Part shown: positions 50,870 through 63,730 of the stretch, one piece after another
Layout: each line of letters begins with the position of its first letter
Numbering within the stretch: the first letter of the stretch is position 1
Assembly: GCA_035221665.1 (NCBI GenBank)
Contig: CM069160.1
Coordinates: forward strand, 30,566,001 to 30,630,000
DNA length: 64,000 nucleotides
Reading direction: 5' to 3'
Source: Okamejei kenojei
Taxonomy: Eukaryota
Made by a program: the position numbers and the translations under genes
The notes under the pieces: generated by a model
What the model saw: only the letters and a program-made list of their open reading frames with translations
Database searches by the model: none
What the model was told of the DNA's origin: nothing

Positions 50870-51420
50870 ATATCTTTCCAGGTGAGCAGAGGTTTCAACG
50901 GCACCTCCTTCAACTCCTCATCTACTGCATCCATGCTCTAGGTGTCACCTTCTCTACATCGGTGAGGACTAAGCGCAGGTCGGCGAACGCTCCCTCGCCC
51001 AACACCTCCGCTCAGGTCTGTACAGACCATCCTGAGCTCCCCAGGTGGCCCCCGCAGAACTTAAACTCCCCCTCCATACCCAATCTGACCTTTTGTCCTG
51101 GGCCTTCCTCCATTGGACAGAGGTGAGCCCAGCGCAAATTGGAGGGGCAGTACCTCTATTACGCTTGGGTAGTTTACACCCCAGTGGGTATGGAGCATTG
51201 AAATTCTCTAATTTCAGGTAGTCCTGGCTTTCTCCCTCCTTTCCCTCACCTTCCCAGCTCTCCCTCATAGACTTTACTGTCTCCGCCTCTTCATTTCCTT
51301 TCCCCCCCTCCCACCCACTCAGTCCTGATGTTGGGTCTCGACCCTAACGTCACCTACTACTTTTCTCCATAGATGCGCCCTCACCCGTGAGTTTCTACAG
51401 CATTTTTATCTCTATTGTAT
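50870..51420 (+). mobile_element. Penelope 3' remnant (error-rich)
   Basis: Recognisable degraded GIY-YIG coding sequence and terminal repeat. Confidence 0.7.
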
Positions 51421-52849
51421 ATTGTCAACTGCAGTTTAAAATAGGTTGACTTGCAGATGTAAATTCCGGCACATGTCAGATGAGAGGAATAATAAAAATA
51501 ATATAATATCGAGGTAATAGAACTAGACAATAGGTTCAGGAGGAAGCATTCGGCCTTCCAGCCAGCTCCGTCATTCTTTGTGGTATGGCTGTGCATCCAC
51601 AATCAGTAACCAGTGCCTGCCTTCTCCCCATATCCCTTGCATTCCAATAGTCCCTAAAGCTTGTGTCTAACTCGCTCTTTTAATTTATCTAGCTGAATTG
51701 GCACTCCACTGCCTTTGGGCATGGTTTCCACAAATGCACAAACTCTCTGGGTGAAACGTTTTTTCTCATCTCAGATTTAACTGGCATCCTCCTTTTCATT
51801 CTTAGACTGTGGCCCTGGTTCTGGACTCCCCCATCATTGGGAACCCTTTTCCTGCAACTAGTTTGTTCCAAGTCCCTTTTATAATTTTTATACCCATAAT
51901 AATCTTATATGTTTCCATAAGATCCCCTTCTCATTCTTCTAAAACTCCAGTGAATACAAAAAGGGGGCCCAGTCTTTCAATCTTTATTCATTTTGACAGT
52001 CCCGCTTAATCTCGTGAACCCTACGCTGCCCACTCCTCAATTGGGGCCCCCAAGGATGTCCTTCCTGAATCTCCGAGAGGCCACCTGGCGAAACAATCTT
52101 GGTTGTGCCTGGATGAGTTTTAGAGATACAGCGGCGGAAAACTAGCCCTATCGAGCTACCGAGCCCACACCAACCAGCAATCACCTCGTACAATAGCGAT
52201 TTCCTACACACCAGGCACCAATCATACAGAAGCAATTAACCTACGAGCACTGAACGTCTTTTGATGTGTGGGATGAATCCGGAGAAAAACCCACCTGGTC
52301 ACAGGGAGAGAGAAACCATGCAAAACTCATACAGATTAGCACACGTACATCCAGGGATCGAACCCAGTCTCTGGTGCCAGTAAGGGGTAGCAACTCTCCA
52401 CTGCACCAAGGAAGTTGGGTCTTGATTTGGAAAAGTCACATATTCATTATCTCCAGTGATGCTGCCTGGAGACCTTCTGAGTTAGTCCACAATTTTACGC
52501 CTATGAATATTAACGATGTTTTTCTTTCAGTAAATGTGCAAAAGGATTGATTTGTGATGGGAAAACAATTTCTTCTGTTCAGAGGGTGATGAATCTGTGG
52601 AATTCATTGCACCAGATGGCTGTAGAGGCCAAAGTTAATTTGATATTTTTAAGATGGGTATTGGCAGTACGGGTGTTATGGGATCAAGGCAGGTGATTGG
52701 GGTTGAGAAGGGAACGAATAGATCAGGGCATGATTGGCATGGTGAGTTGACCAGAGGGGCTGGAATGGCCTAATTTCTGCCCCTAGGAACTTATGAAATG
52801 AAATATTTTCCACGCAACATTGTCTAAATCACTGACATTTCTATTGCAG

Positions 52850-52971
52850 ATATCTTCTTCCCAGTTGTATTCAGGATGGCTGGTGTTATTATCCTGGTCT
52901 TTGTCATTTGTTTGTAATCGCGCTTGGTTTAGCCATTTTTTGGACTCTGTAAGAAGACGTATCACATGAAG
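52850..52971 (+). CDS. Butyrophilin-like gene 2, transmembrane exon (indel-degraded)
   Basis: ttgcag|AT ATC TTC TTC CCA gives DIFFPVV-SGWLVL..FVIALGLAIFW plus basic residues, then G|gtacgt. Resembles the BTN juxtamembrane FFP..W motif. Confidence 0.7.
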
Positions 52972-53029
52972 GTACGTTAATCTACTACCACTGCACTGGG
53001 CAATTATCGGCAGCTTTCAACATAAAATG

Positions 53030-53630
53030 GAAAAACCATATAACCAATAACAATTACAGGCACGGAACAGGCCCTCTCGGCCCTTCCGGTCCGTGTGACG
53101 ACCATTTGTTTTCCCTTAGTCCCTTCTACCTGCACTCAGACCATTACCCCTCCATTCCACTTCACGTCCATATACCTATCCACTGTTACTCTTAAATGTT
53201 AAATCGATCCTGCCTCCACCACTACTGCTGGAAGCTCATTCCACACAGCCACCACCCTCTGAGTAAAGAAGTTCCCCCTCATGTTACCCCCTAAACTTCT
53301 GTCCCTTAATTCTATGTTAATGCCCTCTTGTTTGAATCTTCCTTACCCTCAATGGGAAAAAAAAACGTATCCCGTCAAAACTTTCTGTCTAGCCCTTTCA
53401 TCATTTTAAAGACCTCAATTCAAGTCCCCCTTAACCTTCTGCGTCCAAAAGAATTAAAGACCTACTTGTTCAACCATTTCTCCTGTAACATAGTTGCTGG
53501 AAACCTGGCAACATTCTAGTAAAGCTCCTCTGACTCTCTCTATTTTGTTGACATCCTTCCTATAACTAGGCGGACCAAAATTGTACACTCATACTCCAGA
53601 ATTGGTCTTACCATGCCTTGTACAATTTTA
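53030..53630 (-). mobile_element. CR1 LINE 3' fragment, same subfamily as 42010-42972
   Basis: Close nucleotide similarity to 42012-42590. Confidence 0.85.
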
Positions 53631-54280
53631 GAAACTCTGTTACTCTTTCATCGCTAAAGAATGAACGGAAACGGATAGGCAATCAAATTTTGAGTTTAGT
53701 TTATGAGGTACAGAGTAGAAAGTATGCCCTTCGGCCCACTTCGTTCACGCCAACCAGTCGGTTCAACCATTAACGCTCAGGTTCTCGTTTTTCACCTTAG
53801 AAACAGGCAGGACGGAAAACCCAGGGGGGCCGAGGGGAACATATCCCCATGTATGATAGAGGTGGGGGAATCCCCCCCCCCCCCCCACAAACTATATGTA
53901 ATCAGCGATTTTAAAATCTCCGCTTTCCGCGAGACAGGTGGGCTGCGATCGGGGCGCCGATTGGACGAGAGAGACGGTCGGTCAGCAGGCAATGGGGGCG
54001 GGACATGATGATTATGCGCGATGATTGGAGGACGGGGAGGAGTAGGGAGGGGGGGTGGAAGTACTGGAGGATAGATCACGGTGATGGGAGGAGGGGAGAC
54101 GAGGCACAGACCTGCGCCTCTTCCACAGCATCATCTCCAGCGTTGGCCCGTCCCATCGCGTGCCCCCCACCCAGTCCATTGGGTAGCAGAGAGGTCGGGC
54201 GTCAGACGCGTGCTGTACACCCAGGCCACAAGCCAACGCAGAAAAGAGCAGCGCTAAACCAGCAATACTATCTCTCTATG

Positions 54281-54780
54281 NNNNNNNNNNNNNNNNNNNN
54301 NNNNNNNNNNNNNNNNNNNNNNNNNNNNNNNNNNNNNNNNNNNNNNNNNNNNNNNNNNNNNNNNNNNNNNNNNNNNNNNNNNNNNNNNNNNNNNNNNNNN
54401 NNNNNNNNNNNNNNNNNNNNNNNNNNNNNNNNNNNNNNNNNNNNNNNNNNNNNNNNNNNNNNNNNNNNNNNNNNNNNNNNNNNNNNNNNNNNNNNNNNNN
54501 NNNNNNNNNNNNNNNNNNNNNNNNNNNNNNNNNNNNNNNNNNNNNNNNNNNNNNNNNNNNNNNNNNNNNNNNNNNNNNNNNNNNNNNNNNNNNNNNNNNN
54601 NNNNNNNNNNNNNNNNNNNNNNNNNNNNNNNNNNNNNNNNNNNNNNNNNNNNNNNNNNNNNNNNNNNNNNNNNNNNNNNNNNNNNNNNNNNNNNNNNNNN
54701 NNNNNNNNNNNNNNNNNNNNNNNNNNNNNNNNNNNNNNNNNNNNNNNNNNNNNNNNNNNNNNNNNNNNNNNNNNNNNNNN
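54281..54780. other. Assembly gap (500 N)
   Basis: N run. Confidence 1.
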
Positions 54781-57600
54781 CCGATTAGGAAAAAGGGGAA
54801 GATGCGCGAGGACCTGGGTGTTCATGGTACACCAGTCATTGAAATTAGGCCTGCAGGTGCAGCAGGCAGGTGAAAAAAAGCGAATGGTATGAGTAGCTTT
54901 CATAGCAAAAGGATTTGACGTACAGGAGCGGGGAGGTTACTACTTCAGTTGTACAGGGTCTTGGTGAGACCACACCGGAGTATTGCGTGCAGTTTTGGTC
55001 TCCAAATCTGAGGAAGGACGCTTATTGCCAAAGAGGGAGTGCAGAGAAGGTTCACCAGACTGATTCCTGGGGATGTAAGGGACTGTCTTATGAAGAAAGA
55101 CTCGGAATGGACTCGGGTTTATACTCTCTGGGAATTTAGGAGATTAAGCAGGAGATCTTATAGGAAACTTACAAAATCTTAAGGGGTTGGACAGGCTAGA
55201 TGCAGGGAAGAATGTTTTCCGTTTTGGGAAAAGTCCTGGGGTCAAGGGGTCCAGCTTAGATAAGGGGGAAATCCTTTAAGACTGAGATGAGTGAAAGGAA
55301 CTTTTCTTCCACACAGAGAGTGGTGAGTCTCTGGAACTCTCTTTGTCCACCAGAGGGTAGTTGAGGGCCAGTTCATTGGCTATATTTAAAGGAGTTGAGT
55401 TGGATGTGGCCCTTGTGGCTAAGGCGGATCCAGGAGGGTATGGAGAGAAGGCAGGTACGGGATACTGAGTTGGATTGATCGCCATGATCATATTGAATGG
55501 CGGTGCAGGCTCGAAGGGCTGGAATGGCCTACTCCTGCACCTAATTTCTATGTTTCTATGTTTTCTATGGCTGATCATCAAAATCAGTATCCTGTAACTG
55601 CATTCTCTCCATACCCCAGATCCCTTTAGGCCACAAAGGGGGCCACACTAACTCCCTCTTAAACATATAAGCCAAATTAACTGGGCCTCAACTACCTTCT
55701 GTGGCAGGAGAAATTCCACAGATTCACCACTCTGTGTGACAAATAATTTTCTCATCTCGGGTTCCTAAAAGACTTTCCCCCTTATCCAATGAACTGGCCT
55801 CAACTAACCCTTTCTGTGGCAAAGAATTCCCACAAAGTTTCCACCACTCTCTGTGTTGGAAAAAATGATTTTTTCTCATCTCGGTCCTATAAAGACTTTC
55901 CCCCCTTATCCTTAAACTGTGGGACCCCTCGTTCTGGACTTCCCCATATCGGGGAACCATCTTCCTGCATCTTGCCTGTCCAAACCACTCTTAAGAATTT
56001 TGTAAAGTTTTCTATTGAAGATCCCCCCTCAATCTTTCTAAAATTCTAGTGAGTACAAGCCGAAGGTTCTTATCCGGGTCTTTCTTGAAAAGTTCCTGCT
56101 ATCCCAGGAAATCAGTCTGGTGTACATTTCTCTGTAACTCCCTCTATTGGCAATAATGTCTTTTCCTCAGATTAGGGGACCAAAACTGTACGGGGGGGGG
56201 GGCAATATTCCAGGCGTGTGGCCTCACCAAGGGGACCGTGTACAACTGCAGTGTAGATACCTCCTGCTCTTGTACCTCAAAATCCCTTTTGCTATTGAAT
56301 TGCTAACATTTACCATTCGCTTTCCTCTCTAACCTGCCTGCACCTAACATGTCTTACTTGCTATGACTGGGTGTTTACCATGACACCCAGGTCTCGTTGC
56401 ATCTCCTCTTTTCCCCTAATCGGGCGCCAACCCTTTCAGTATAAGTCTACTTTTCTGTTTTTTGCCACCAAAGTGGTTAAACCTCACATTTCTACCACAT
56501 TATACTGCATTCTGCCACTGCATTTTTGCCCACTCAACCCAACAAATTCCCAAGTCACCCCCCCCCCCATCATGCAGCCTCCCTAGCATCCTTCCTCACA
56601 GGCTTAACATTGCCCCCCAGCTTCGGCGTTCAAATCCGCCAAATGGGTGATTTTGCATTCTCAATTCCCTCTTCCAGTTTATTAATATATATGTTTCTGT
56701 AAATAGCTGGGGCCCCAGCACTGAGGCCTTGCCTGGTACCCCCACTAGTCACTGCCTGCCATTCTGAAAAATGGACCCGTTTTACTCCTTACCTTTTGCT
56801 TGCCTGTTTGCAAAAGCAAGTTCTTTATATCCCCACATCAAGACTGAACCCCCAACTACTGGGTTACTTTACGTTTGCATACTAATCTTCTTATGTATGA
56901 CCTTGTCGAAAGCCTTCCGAAAAAGTCCAGATATAAAAAACACCCATCCACTGGTTCTCTTATCCCCTTACTAGTTACTATCCTTTGAAGAATTCTATAA
57001 GATTCGTCCAGACATGATTTACCTTTTCGTAAATCCATGTTGGGGACTTTGGTCTAATGATGTTCACCACTTTCCAAATGTTTACTGCTATTCCATGTTG
57101 CTTAATAACTGACTTCTAGGCATTTCCCCCACTACCAATGTTAAGTGACTAAACTGGTCTGTAGTTTCCCCGTTTTTCTCCTCTCCCTCCCTTTTTAAAA
57201 AGTGGAGGGTTACATTAGCTCACCCTCCTATCCTCAGGAAACAACAGGGTAATCTAAAAGAGTTTTGGACAAATTATCACTAATGCATCCACTATTTCTT
57301 GGGGCTATACTTCCTTAGTTTACTCTGGGATGCAGCCTCTCTGGCCCTGGGGGGGGGATTTATCGGCCTTTAAATCCATTCAAATTTTACCTAAAATACA
57401 CCACTTTCCCGGATACCTGGATTTTCCTCAGTTCCCCCATCTCATTTTGACCCCCGGTCCCCCTCTATTTCTGGGGCAGATTATTTATGTCTTCCCTTAG
57501 TGAAGACAGGAACCAAAGTTGTTATTCAAATGGTCTGCCATGTTCCTTGTTTCCCCACGATCAAGGGTTCACCAGTTTTCTGGACTGCAAGGGACCTACA
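54781..57600. mobile_element. Tail-to-tail CR1 LINE fragments (+ 54781-55565, - about 55566-57600), indel-rich
   Basis: Colinear with 18710-20510 but with many indels. Confidence 0.85.
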
Positions 57601-58684
57601 GGGGAAAAGCGTGCAAACAGGGTACTGATGAGGATGATCAGCTCACGAGCACATTGAATGGCAGTGCTGGATCAAAGGGCTGATGGCCCTACTCCTGCAT
57701 ATTGTCTATTGTTTAAATCTCCCCTGGGACTCTCAATGGCAGCACATTCCCATCTCAGATACGGGGCTCAAAAGATGCTTCACAATGCACCAAATGCGGT
57801 CTGACCAGTGCCTTGTAAAGCCTCAGCTTTTGCATCGCTGCTTTGATTGTGATGATCCTGCAATGATTTGGAGGTTCCAGAATTTACTTTAATGGTGGAA
57901 GTTTGCCTGGTGTGGCATGTTAATTAGGTTGATTAAAGTTAAATGGTAGGGAAACCAGGAACTGGTTTGCAAAAATACACCAGTGAGCTGGAGTAATTGG
58001 AGAAGGGTCCAGACCAGAAATGTCACCTATCCATTTCCTCCAGAGCCGCTGGCCTGAACCTGCTGCGTCACTCCAGCCCTTGTGTATTTGTGGAGACCAA
58101 GGTGCAGGACCTGTTCCCGATCCGTAGCTCCAGTTGCACTTGCCCTATATGATGCAATAGCAATTCGCCCTCCCCTCCTGTGAGGTGAAAAGTTCAGGGA
58201 GTGTTCTGTGTCGCAACATTGGATCGAAGTGTGTTGGAAGCTGGCAGGAAATGATTTTAACAGTAAAAAATCTATTGAAAGTTGCCATTTGTAAAGCTTT
58301 AATCGCGAATAATGTGAAATGTAGGATGAAATCTTCAGTGAAGCTGCTCACTGCTAGCCCGGGACTTTGTGACGTCATCAGTGAAAGCTGGTTGTTTTAA
58401 TTCAAAGTCTTTTGATGTTTTTAAACTTCTTTACTTATCAGTAATTAGTCGAGAAATAAAGCATAAAATGTTCAGTGAAGGTGACGGCCACGAGGGGAAA
58501 CATTCAATAAAATATGTAAAAATGTAAATCTTTACAGCGAGGATGTTTTGCGAAGAAGTAAAGACCCCCACATATAAAACACACATATACTCATGCACAA
58601 GATCAGACTTTTAATAAGTAAATGATGATTAGGACTTGTTGATCTTCTAAAGTGATGGACCTAAAGTTTTCGATTGTATTACAG

Positions 58685-58788
58685 TTCATTGTTGGTGAGG
58701 ATGGATCCTGTGGTGTAATCTACGAAACAATTTGTGGTGAGGGTCCGCCCATATGCTACCATATTGGGACCACTGTTCTAGATTATTG
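58685..58788 (+). CDS. CRAT: Carnitine O-acetyltransferase-like, internal exon (catalytic-His region)
   Basis: acag|FIVGEDGSCGVIYETICGEGPPI..ATIL-DH-VLDY|gt aligns from memory to CRAT FIVAEDGSCGLVYEHAAAEGPPIVTLLDYVIEY. Confidence 0.85.
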
Positions 58789-60372
58789 GTTAAGATCTTC
58801 TTCTTGTAGAGTCCGCACACAAGATTTAGAAGTTGTTCAGCCAGGCATTCTTGGCATCTGCTGCAATGAGAGGGGATCTTTTTTAAAACATACAAGACTA
58901 TTAAGGGTTTGGACACGCTAGAGGCAGGAAACATGTTCCCGATGTAGAGAGTCCAAGAACCAGGGGCCACAGTTTTTTTTAGAATAAGGGGAGAAAGCCA
59001 TTAGAACGGAGATGAGGAAAACACTTTTTCACACAGATAGTTGAGAGTCTGTAGAATTCTCTGTCTCATAGGGCGGTGGAGGCTGGTCTCTGGATACTTT
59101 CAAGAGAGAGCTAGACAGGCTCTTGAAGATAGGCAGAGTCGGGGGATATGGGGGAGAGGCTGGAAAAAACGGGGGTACTGATTATGGATGATCAGCCGTG
59201 GATCACAGTGAAAGGCGGTTGCTGGCTTGAAGGGCCAAATGGCCTACTCCTGCACCCATTGTCTATTGTCTACCACTGCGCGGACACAGTGGGGCTGAAG
59301 GGCCTGTTTCCGCGCTGTATCTCTAAACTAAATTGAAGTCACCTTTTCCATCTTGCATGCCCCGGGTATTAATTGTTAATTCTTTCAAAAAAAAAAAAAG
59401 GTGCACTGCAGTGAAGGTTTAAATATGGTTTTATTAGATTAAGATTAGATTAGATTTTATTAATTGTCATTCGAACCTCAGAGAGGCTCAAACGAAACTC
59501 CGTTTTCTACAGCCATACACAAAACAATTCCTACAAAACATACAAACAATTCAATTTACAGAAAAACATCCATCACAGTGAATTTCCTCTTCTGTGATGG
59601 AAGGCAAAGTCTTTTCTCTCCCCCGCACCATTTCTCTCCCGATGTCGAAGCCCCAGGCGGGCGTTGTTAAGTCCCACGGTCATTGAAGGCCGCGCCGGGC
59701 GATGTACGGCCCGCTCCAGGTTCCAAAAGGTCACAAAGTTGGAGCCCCCGGCGGGCACTGGAAATGTCCTGTGGCCATTTAAAGCCGCGCCAGGCGATGT
59801 ACGGCCCCGCTCTGGGTTGTTCCAACCCCGCGACACGGGCAGGAGAGAAGTTGCGTTGCGGGCGCTCCGGAAATGCGGGTCTCTCACCCAGACCCGTGAG
59901 CTCCCGATATCCGACAGTCCCCGGTCTGCAGCTGCAGGGCTGGAGCTGCGGAGTCGGCGCGCAGCGGCGTTCGCCACCACTCCCCATTGCTCGAGGCCAG
60001 CCAGCCCCACGACGGTGAGTCCGCAGATCCGCAGGCTCCGTGACTGGAGCCCCCCAGGTCGTCCCAGTCGGAGGCGCTCCACGGTGCTAGGCCCCAACGG
60101 ACAATGGAGACCCGACAGGGAAAAAAAGTCGGGTCTCCCGTGCAGGGAAGAAGATTTTAAAAGTTTTCCCCCTCCCCCCCAGTTAGAAGGAACAATTACA
60201 AAAAAAACACAATACAACTACATTTAACTAGACAACAAAAGACGGGGGACAGGCTGTGTAGGGGTTCATTGCAAACGCGCGTCGCGCCAACGCACTTCTG
60301 CCTTTAGATGGACACTTATTAAGTATCATCCCTGGATTCAACATCTTTACTTCTTACTTTCGCCTTTTGTAG

Positions 60373-60495
60373 CAAGGAAGGACCCGGATACAGTTCGCGC
60401 TCCAATGATTCCGCTGCCATTACCCAAAAACTGTACTTTTACATCACTCCAGAGATAAAGTGGGATATTGAGCACGCAAAACGGAATCTGGACAT
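60373..60495 (+). CDS. CRAT: Carnitine O-acetyltransferase-like, internal exon
   Basis: Indel-corrected PDTVRAPMIPLPLPKKLYFYITPEIKWDIEHAKRNLDI vs CRAT [38 protein letters not shown]; tag| and |gtgagt. Confidence 0.88.
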
Positions 60496-61519
60496 GTGAG
60501 TATCATTGTGGCTACTTGTGTGAATCAGCTCGACTAGATACAGGTCTCTAACAAAGGCCCAGTATTTAACTCCTGAAGTATATTCAGTCATGGGGAGGTT
60601 GCCAACTGTCCCTTATTAGCGGGACATTGGGGGCTAAATTGGTTTTGTCCCAGCAAGGGACCGCCCTTGTCCCGTATTTGACTGCACCTGTCCAAAACTG
60701 GGCTTTGTGTGCAGTCCAGCACCCGGGCCAACTCTTCATTCACCCAGCCACGGCCGTGATTGTGCAGGAGCCCGCGGAGCGGAGGGGGCGGTGAGGATGG
60801 CGGGGGATTAGCGCGGGCGGGACGGGGGGGGTACCCAGGCCGCGGTGAGGCTTACGGGGCGCGACGGAGATTGGGGCGGGTATTAGAAGCGGGGAGGACG
60901 GCGAGGCTGGGAGGGGGGCGGCGGGGGGGCGGAGAGGGGGACGGGGTGGGGGGGGAGGCATGCGCGGGGGGGAGGGGCAGGGGGGCAGATGGGGGGGGGG
61001 GGGCGGGGGCGGAGGGGGCTGGCGCAGTGGGCGGGGCGCGCGGCGGTATTGGTCCCGTTAGGGGTGGGGGGTGGATTGGCGGGGCGTCCCCCCCCCGACC
61101 CCTGGCGGAGGGGGGCGGAGGGGGGGCGCTGGGCGGGGCGGCGGAGTGCCATGGGCGTCGTGTCTTCTGGGTGTCGTTCGTTTTCGTTTTTCTGTCATTT
61201 CTCTTTCTCTCTGTCTGTCTTTTTTTTTTTGTGTTTATTCGGTTTTGTTGTGGTCCATTGCTCTCTTCTCTTTCTCTCTTCATATTTTTAACTTCATTTC
61301 TCTTCAACTCTTTTTTTTTTTTCTCTTTTTTTTTTTATTTCTTTTTCACCAATTGGTCTGAATTTGGTCCCGTATTTTGACCTTTTGTCCCATATTTGGG
61401 AGTGGAAAGTTGGCAACCCTAATGAGTAGTTCGGCAGAATACGAAAAATAGAAAGGTAAAGCACAGGAAGAGGCCCTTCGGCCCACATTGTCTGTACCGA
61501 ACATGATGTCTGGACCAAG

Positions 61520-61812
61520 GGGCGGCCCAGTGGCGCAACTGTAGAATGCAGCGCCTCACAGCGGCAGAGACCCGGGTTCAAATCAGGACTATGGGGTGCT
61601 GTCTGTGAGGAGTTTGTACGTTCTCCCTGTGACCTGCGGTGGGGTTTCTCCGGGTCCTCTACGGTTTTCCTCCCACACTCCAAAGACGTGCAGGTGTGTT
61701 GGGTAATTGGCTCTCTGGTATAATTATTCAATTGTCCCGGGAGTGTGTTGTTGTAGATTAGTTTCGTGCACAGGGTGGTGGGGACTCTGTGGGCTGAAGG
61801 GCCTGTTTCTGC
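61520..61812 (+). mobile_element. tRNA-derived SINE (HE1-like); further copies or fragments at about 21050-21250, 21410-21910, 22020-22300, 36015-36325, 36940-37170, 45315-45560, 52115-52410
   Basis: A-box-like GTGGCGCA.. and B-box GGGTTCAAATC, conserved body, GAAGGGCCTGTTTC CR1-like tail. Confidence 0.8.
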
Positions 61813-61967
61813 CTGAAGGGTCTGTCCCACTTTCACGACCTAATTCACGACCTTTTTACTCAAGGACATTTTTCATCAGGCTAGAAAAAACACCGTGACC
61901 TACTTGATGCCAACGCAGTACTATGACTAGCATCATGACCTGCTACGATTACCTACGACATCTTACG

Positions 61968-62002
<35 letters not shown>

Positions 62003-62122
62003 AGGCCTCGTGGCGACCATGTTGCGAGTATGAGTCAAGGGCAAAATCGGCAGAGGTCGTGAACGTGGGACAGGCCCATTATATCTCTAAACTCTAACAT
62101 TGAAACAATGTCTCTGTTCCAG

Positions 62123-62246
62123 TTTAGTCAACGGACTGGACATCAGCTGCTTCACGTACAGAAACTTTGGAAAAAGACTTCCCCAAAAAACATGGCATAG
62201 CCCGGACTGTTTGTACAGATGGCCCTTCAGTTGTCCCTTACTTCAG
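62123..62246 (+). CDS. CRAT: Carnitine O-acetyltransferase-like, internal exon
   Basis: Indel-corrected LVN.LDISCFTYRNFGKDFPKKHG.SPD.FVQMALQL.YFR vs CRAT [37 protein letters not shown]; ccag| and |gtatgt. Confidence 0.85.
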
Positions 62247-63730
62247 GTATGTACTCTGAGAAGGGTTTCCAACTCCCTTCACTCCAAATAAGGGACAAAT
62301 GGTCAAAATAAGGGACAAAATTCCCACACGGCAATTCGTTGACCGACTCGGCCGTGGCTGGGTGGATGATGGGTTGGCCCGGGTGCTGGACTGCACACAA
62401 AGCCCAGCCGGGGGCCAGCTGAGGGGGTTTGGCCTGCGCGCAAGTCCAGCGCCTCGCCAGACTCATGAAACGATGATTGGCCGTGGAGAAGGAGGGATGG
62501 TGGGGGTTTGTCCGCGGTAAGCGAAGGTTCGGGACAGCTGGCCGGGCTGCCGACCGACGGGGGGACACGGGTGAGGCGCTGCTGCTGCTGCACTCCATGG
62601 GCTGCACCACGTCGGGACGGGTGTGAGGCGGGGGCCGGACGAGATGCTCCAACCCGGACAGTCCCCTCGATCCGAGTAGTGAGTAGCAGCCAAATATGCG
62701 ACAAGGGAGGTCTCGTAATGGACAATCCAATTTAGCCCAATATTACGGGATGTCCAGGCTTTGTTTTATAATATTTGTCCCCTTCAGTTTGTAAATTCTT
62801 TATTATCCAGACTTAACAAACCTTTCCAAGGTTTCACACCAATCTGTGAAAATAAAGTTCTACGCAGCACAGTTTTAAAATGAATGGTCCTAAATAGGTT
62901 TGTAGATCAACGGTATTGGCTCTTTGGATCCGTGTATGGTTTTTGCTGCCTACGGCCTGATCCATAATCCATGTTCACGTTTCCCACACCACTGCCAGCT
63001 CGTGCATGCGGGCAGCCACGTGGAGTTTTAAATTTAACTTATGATTCGGAGCCTCCAGTACTCATCTTGATGGTCTGGTATGTATATATTCTTGGTATAG
63101 AGGGAGTGCAGCGTAGTTCACAAGGTTAATTCCCAGGATGGCGGAACTGTCATAAGCTGAGAGAATGGAGCGGTGGGCTTGTGCACTCTGGAGTTTAGAA
63201 GGATGAGAGGGCATCTTATTGAAACATAGAAGATCATTAAGAGTTTTTGGACACGCTGGAGGCAGGGAACATGTTCCAATGTTGGGGGAGTCCAGAACCA
63301 GGGGCCAGGTTAGTTTAAGAATAAGGGGATATCCATTTATAACGGAGATTTAGGAAACCCTTTTTCACAGAGAGTTGTGGGTTCTATGAAATTCTCTGCC
63401 TCGGAGGGCGGTGGAGGCGGTTCTCTGGATACTTTCGAGAGAGAGCTAGATGGGGCTCTTAAAGATAGTGGAGTCGGGGGATATGGGGAGAAGGCAGGAA
63501 CGGGGCGGTACTGATTGGGGATGATCAGCCATGATCACATTGAATGGTGGTGCTGGCTTGAAGGGCCGAATGGCCTACTCCTGCACTATTGCCTATTGTG
63601 TACAAAATTAAATACTTTTGAGTTGTGTACAAATTAAAGTACTTTGAGTGAAGCTGGGATCACTGCCTTATGGCCCTTTTATTGTCATTTTCCCCTATTA
63701 TATTATTTTTCTCTTTGTGACCACTTTTAG

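Noticed and set aside
52972-54280. B30.2/PRY-SPRY or heptad exons for gene 2
   Set aside because: None recognisable before the gap; they may lie in the gap, so absence cannot be claimed.
60760-61380. Gly/Pro-rich ORFs with a Phe-rich hydrophobic tail
   Set aside because: Low-complexity, error-rich interior of a MITE within a CRAT-like intron.
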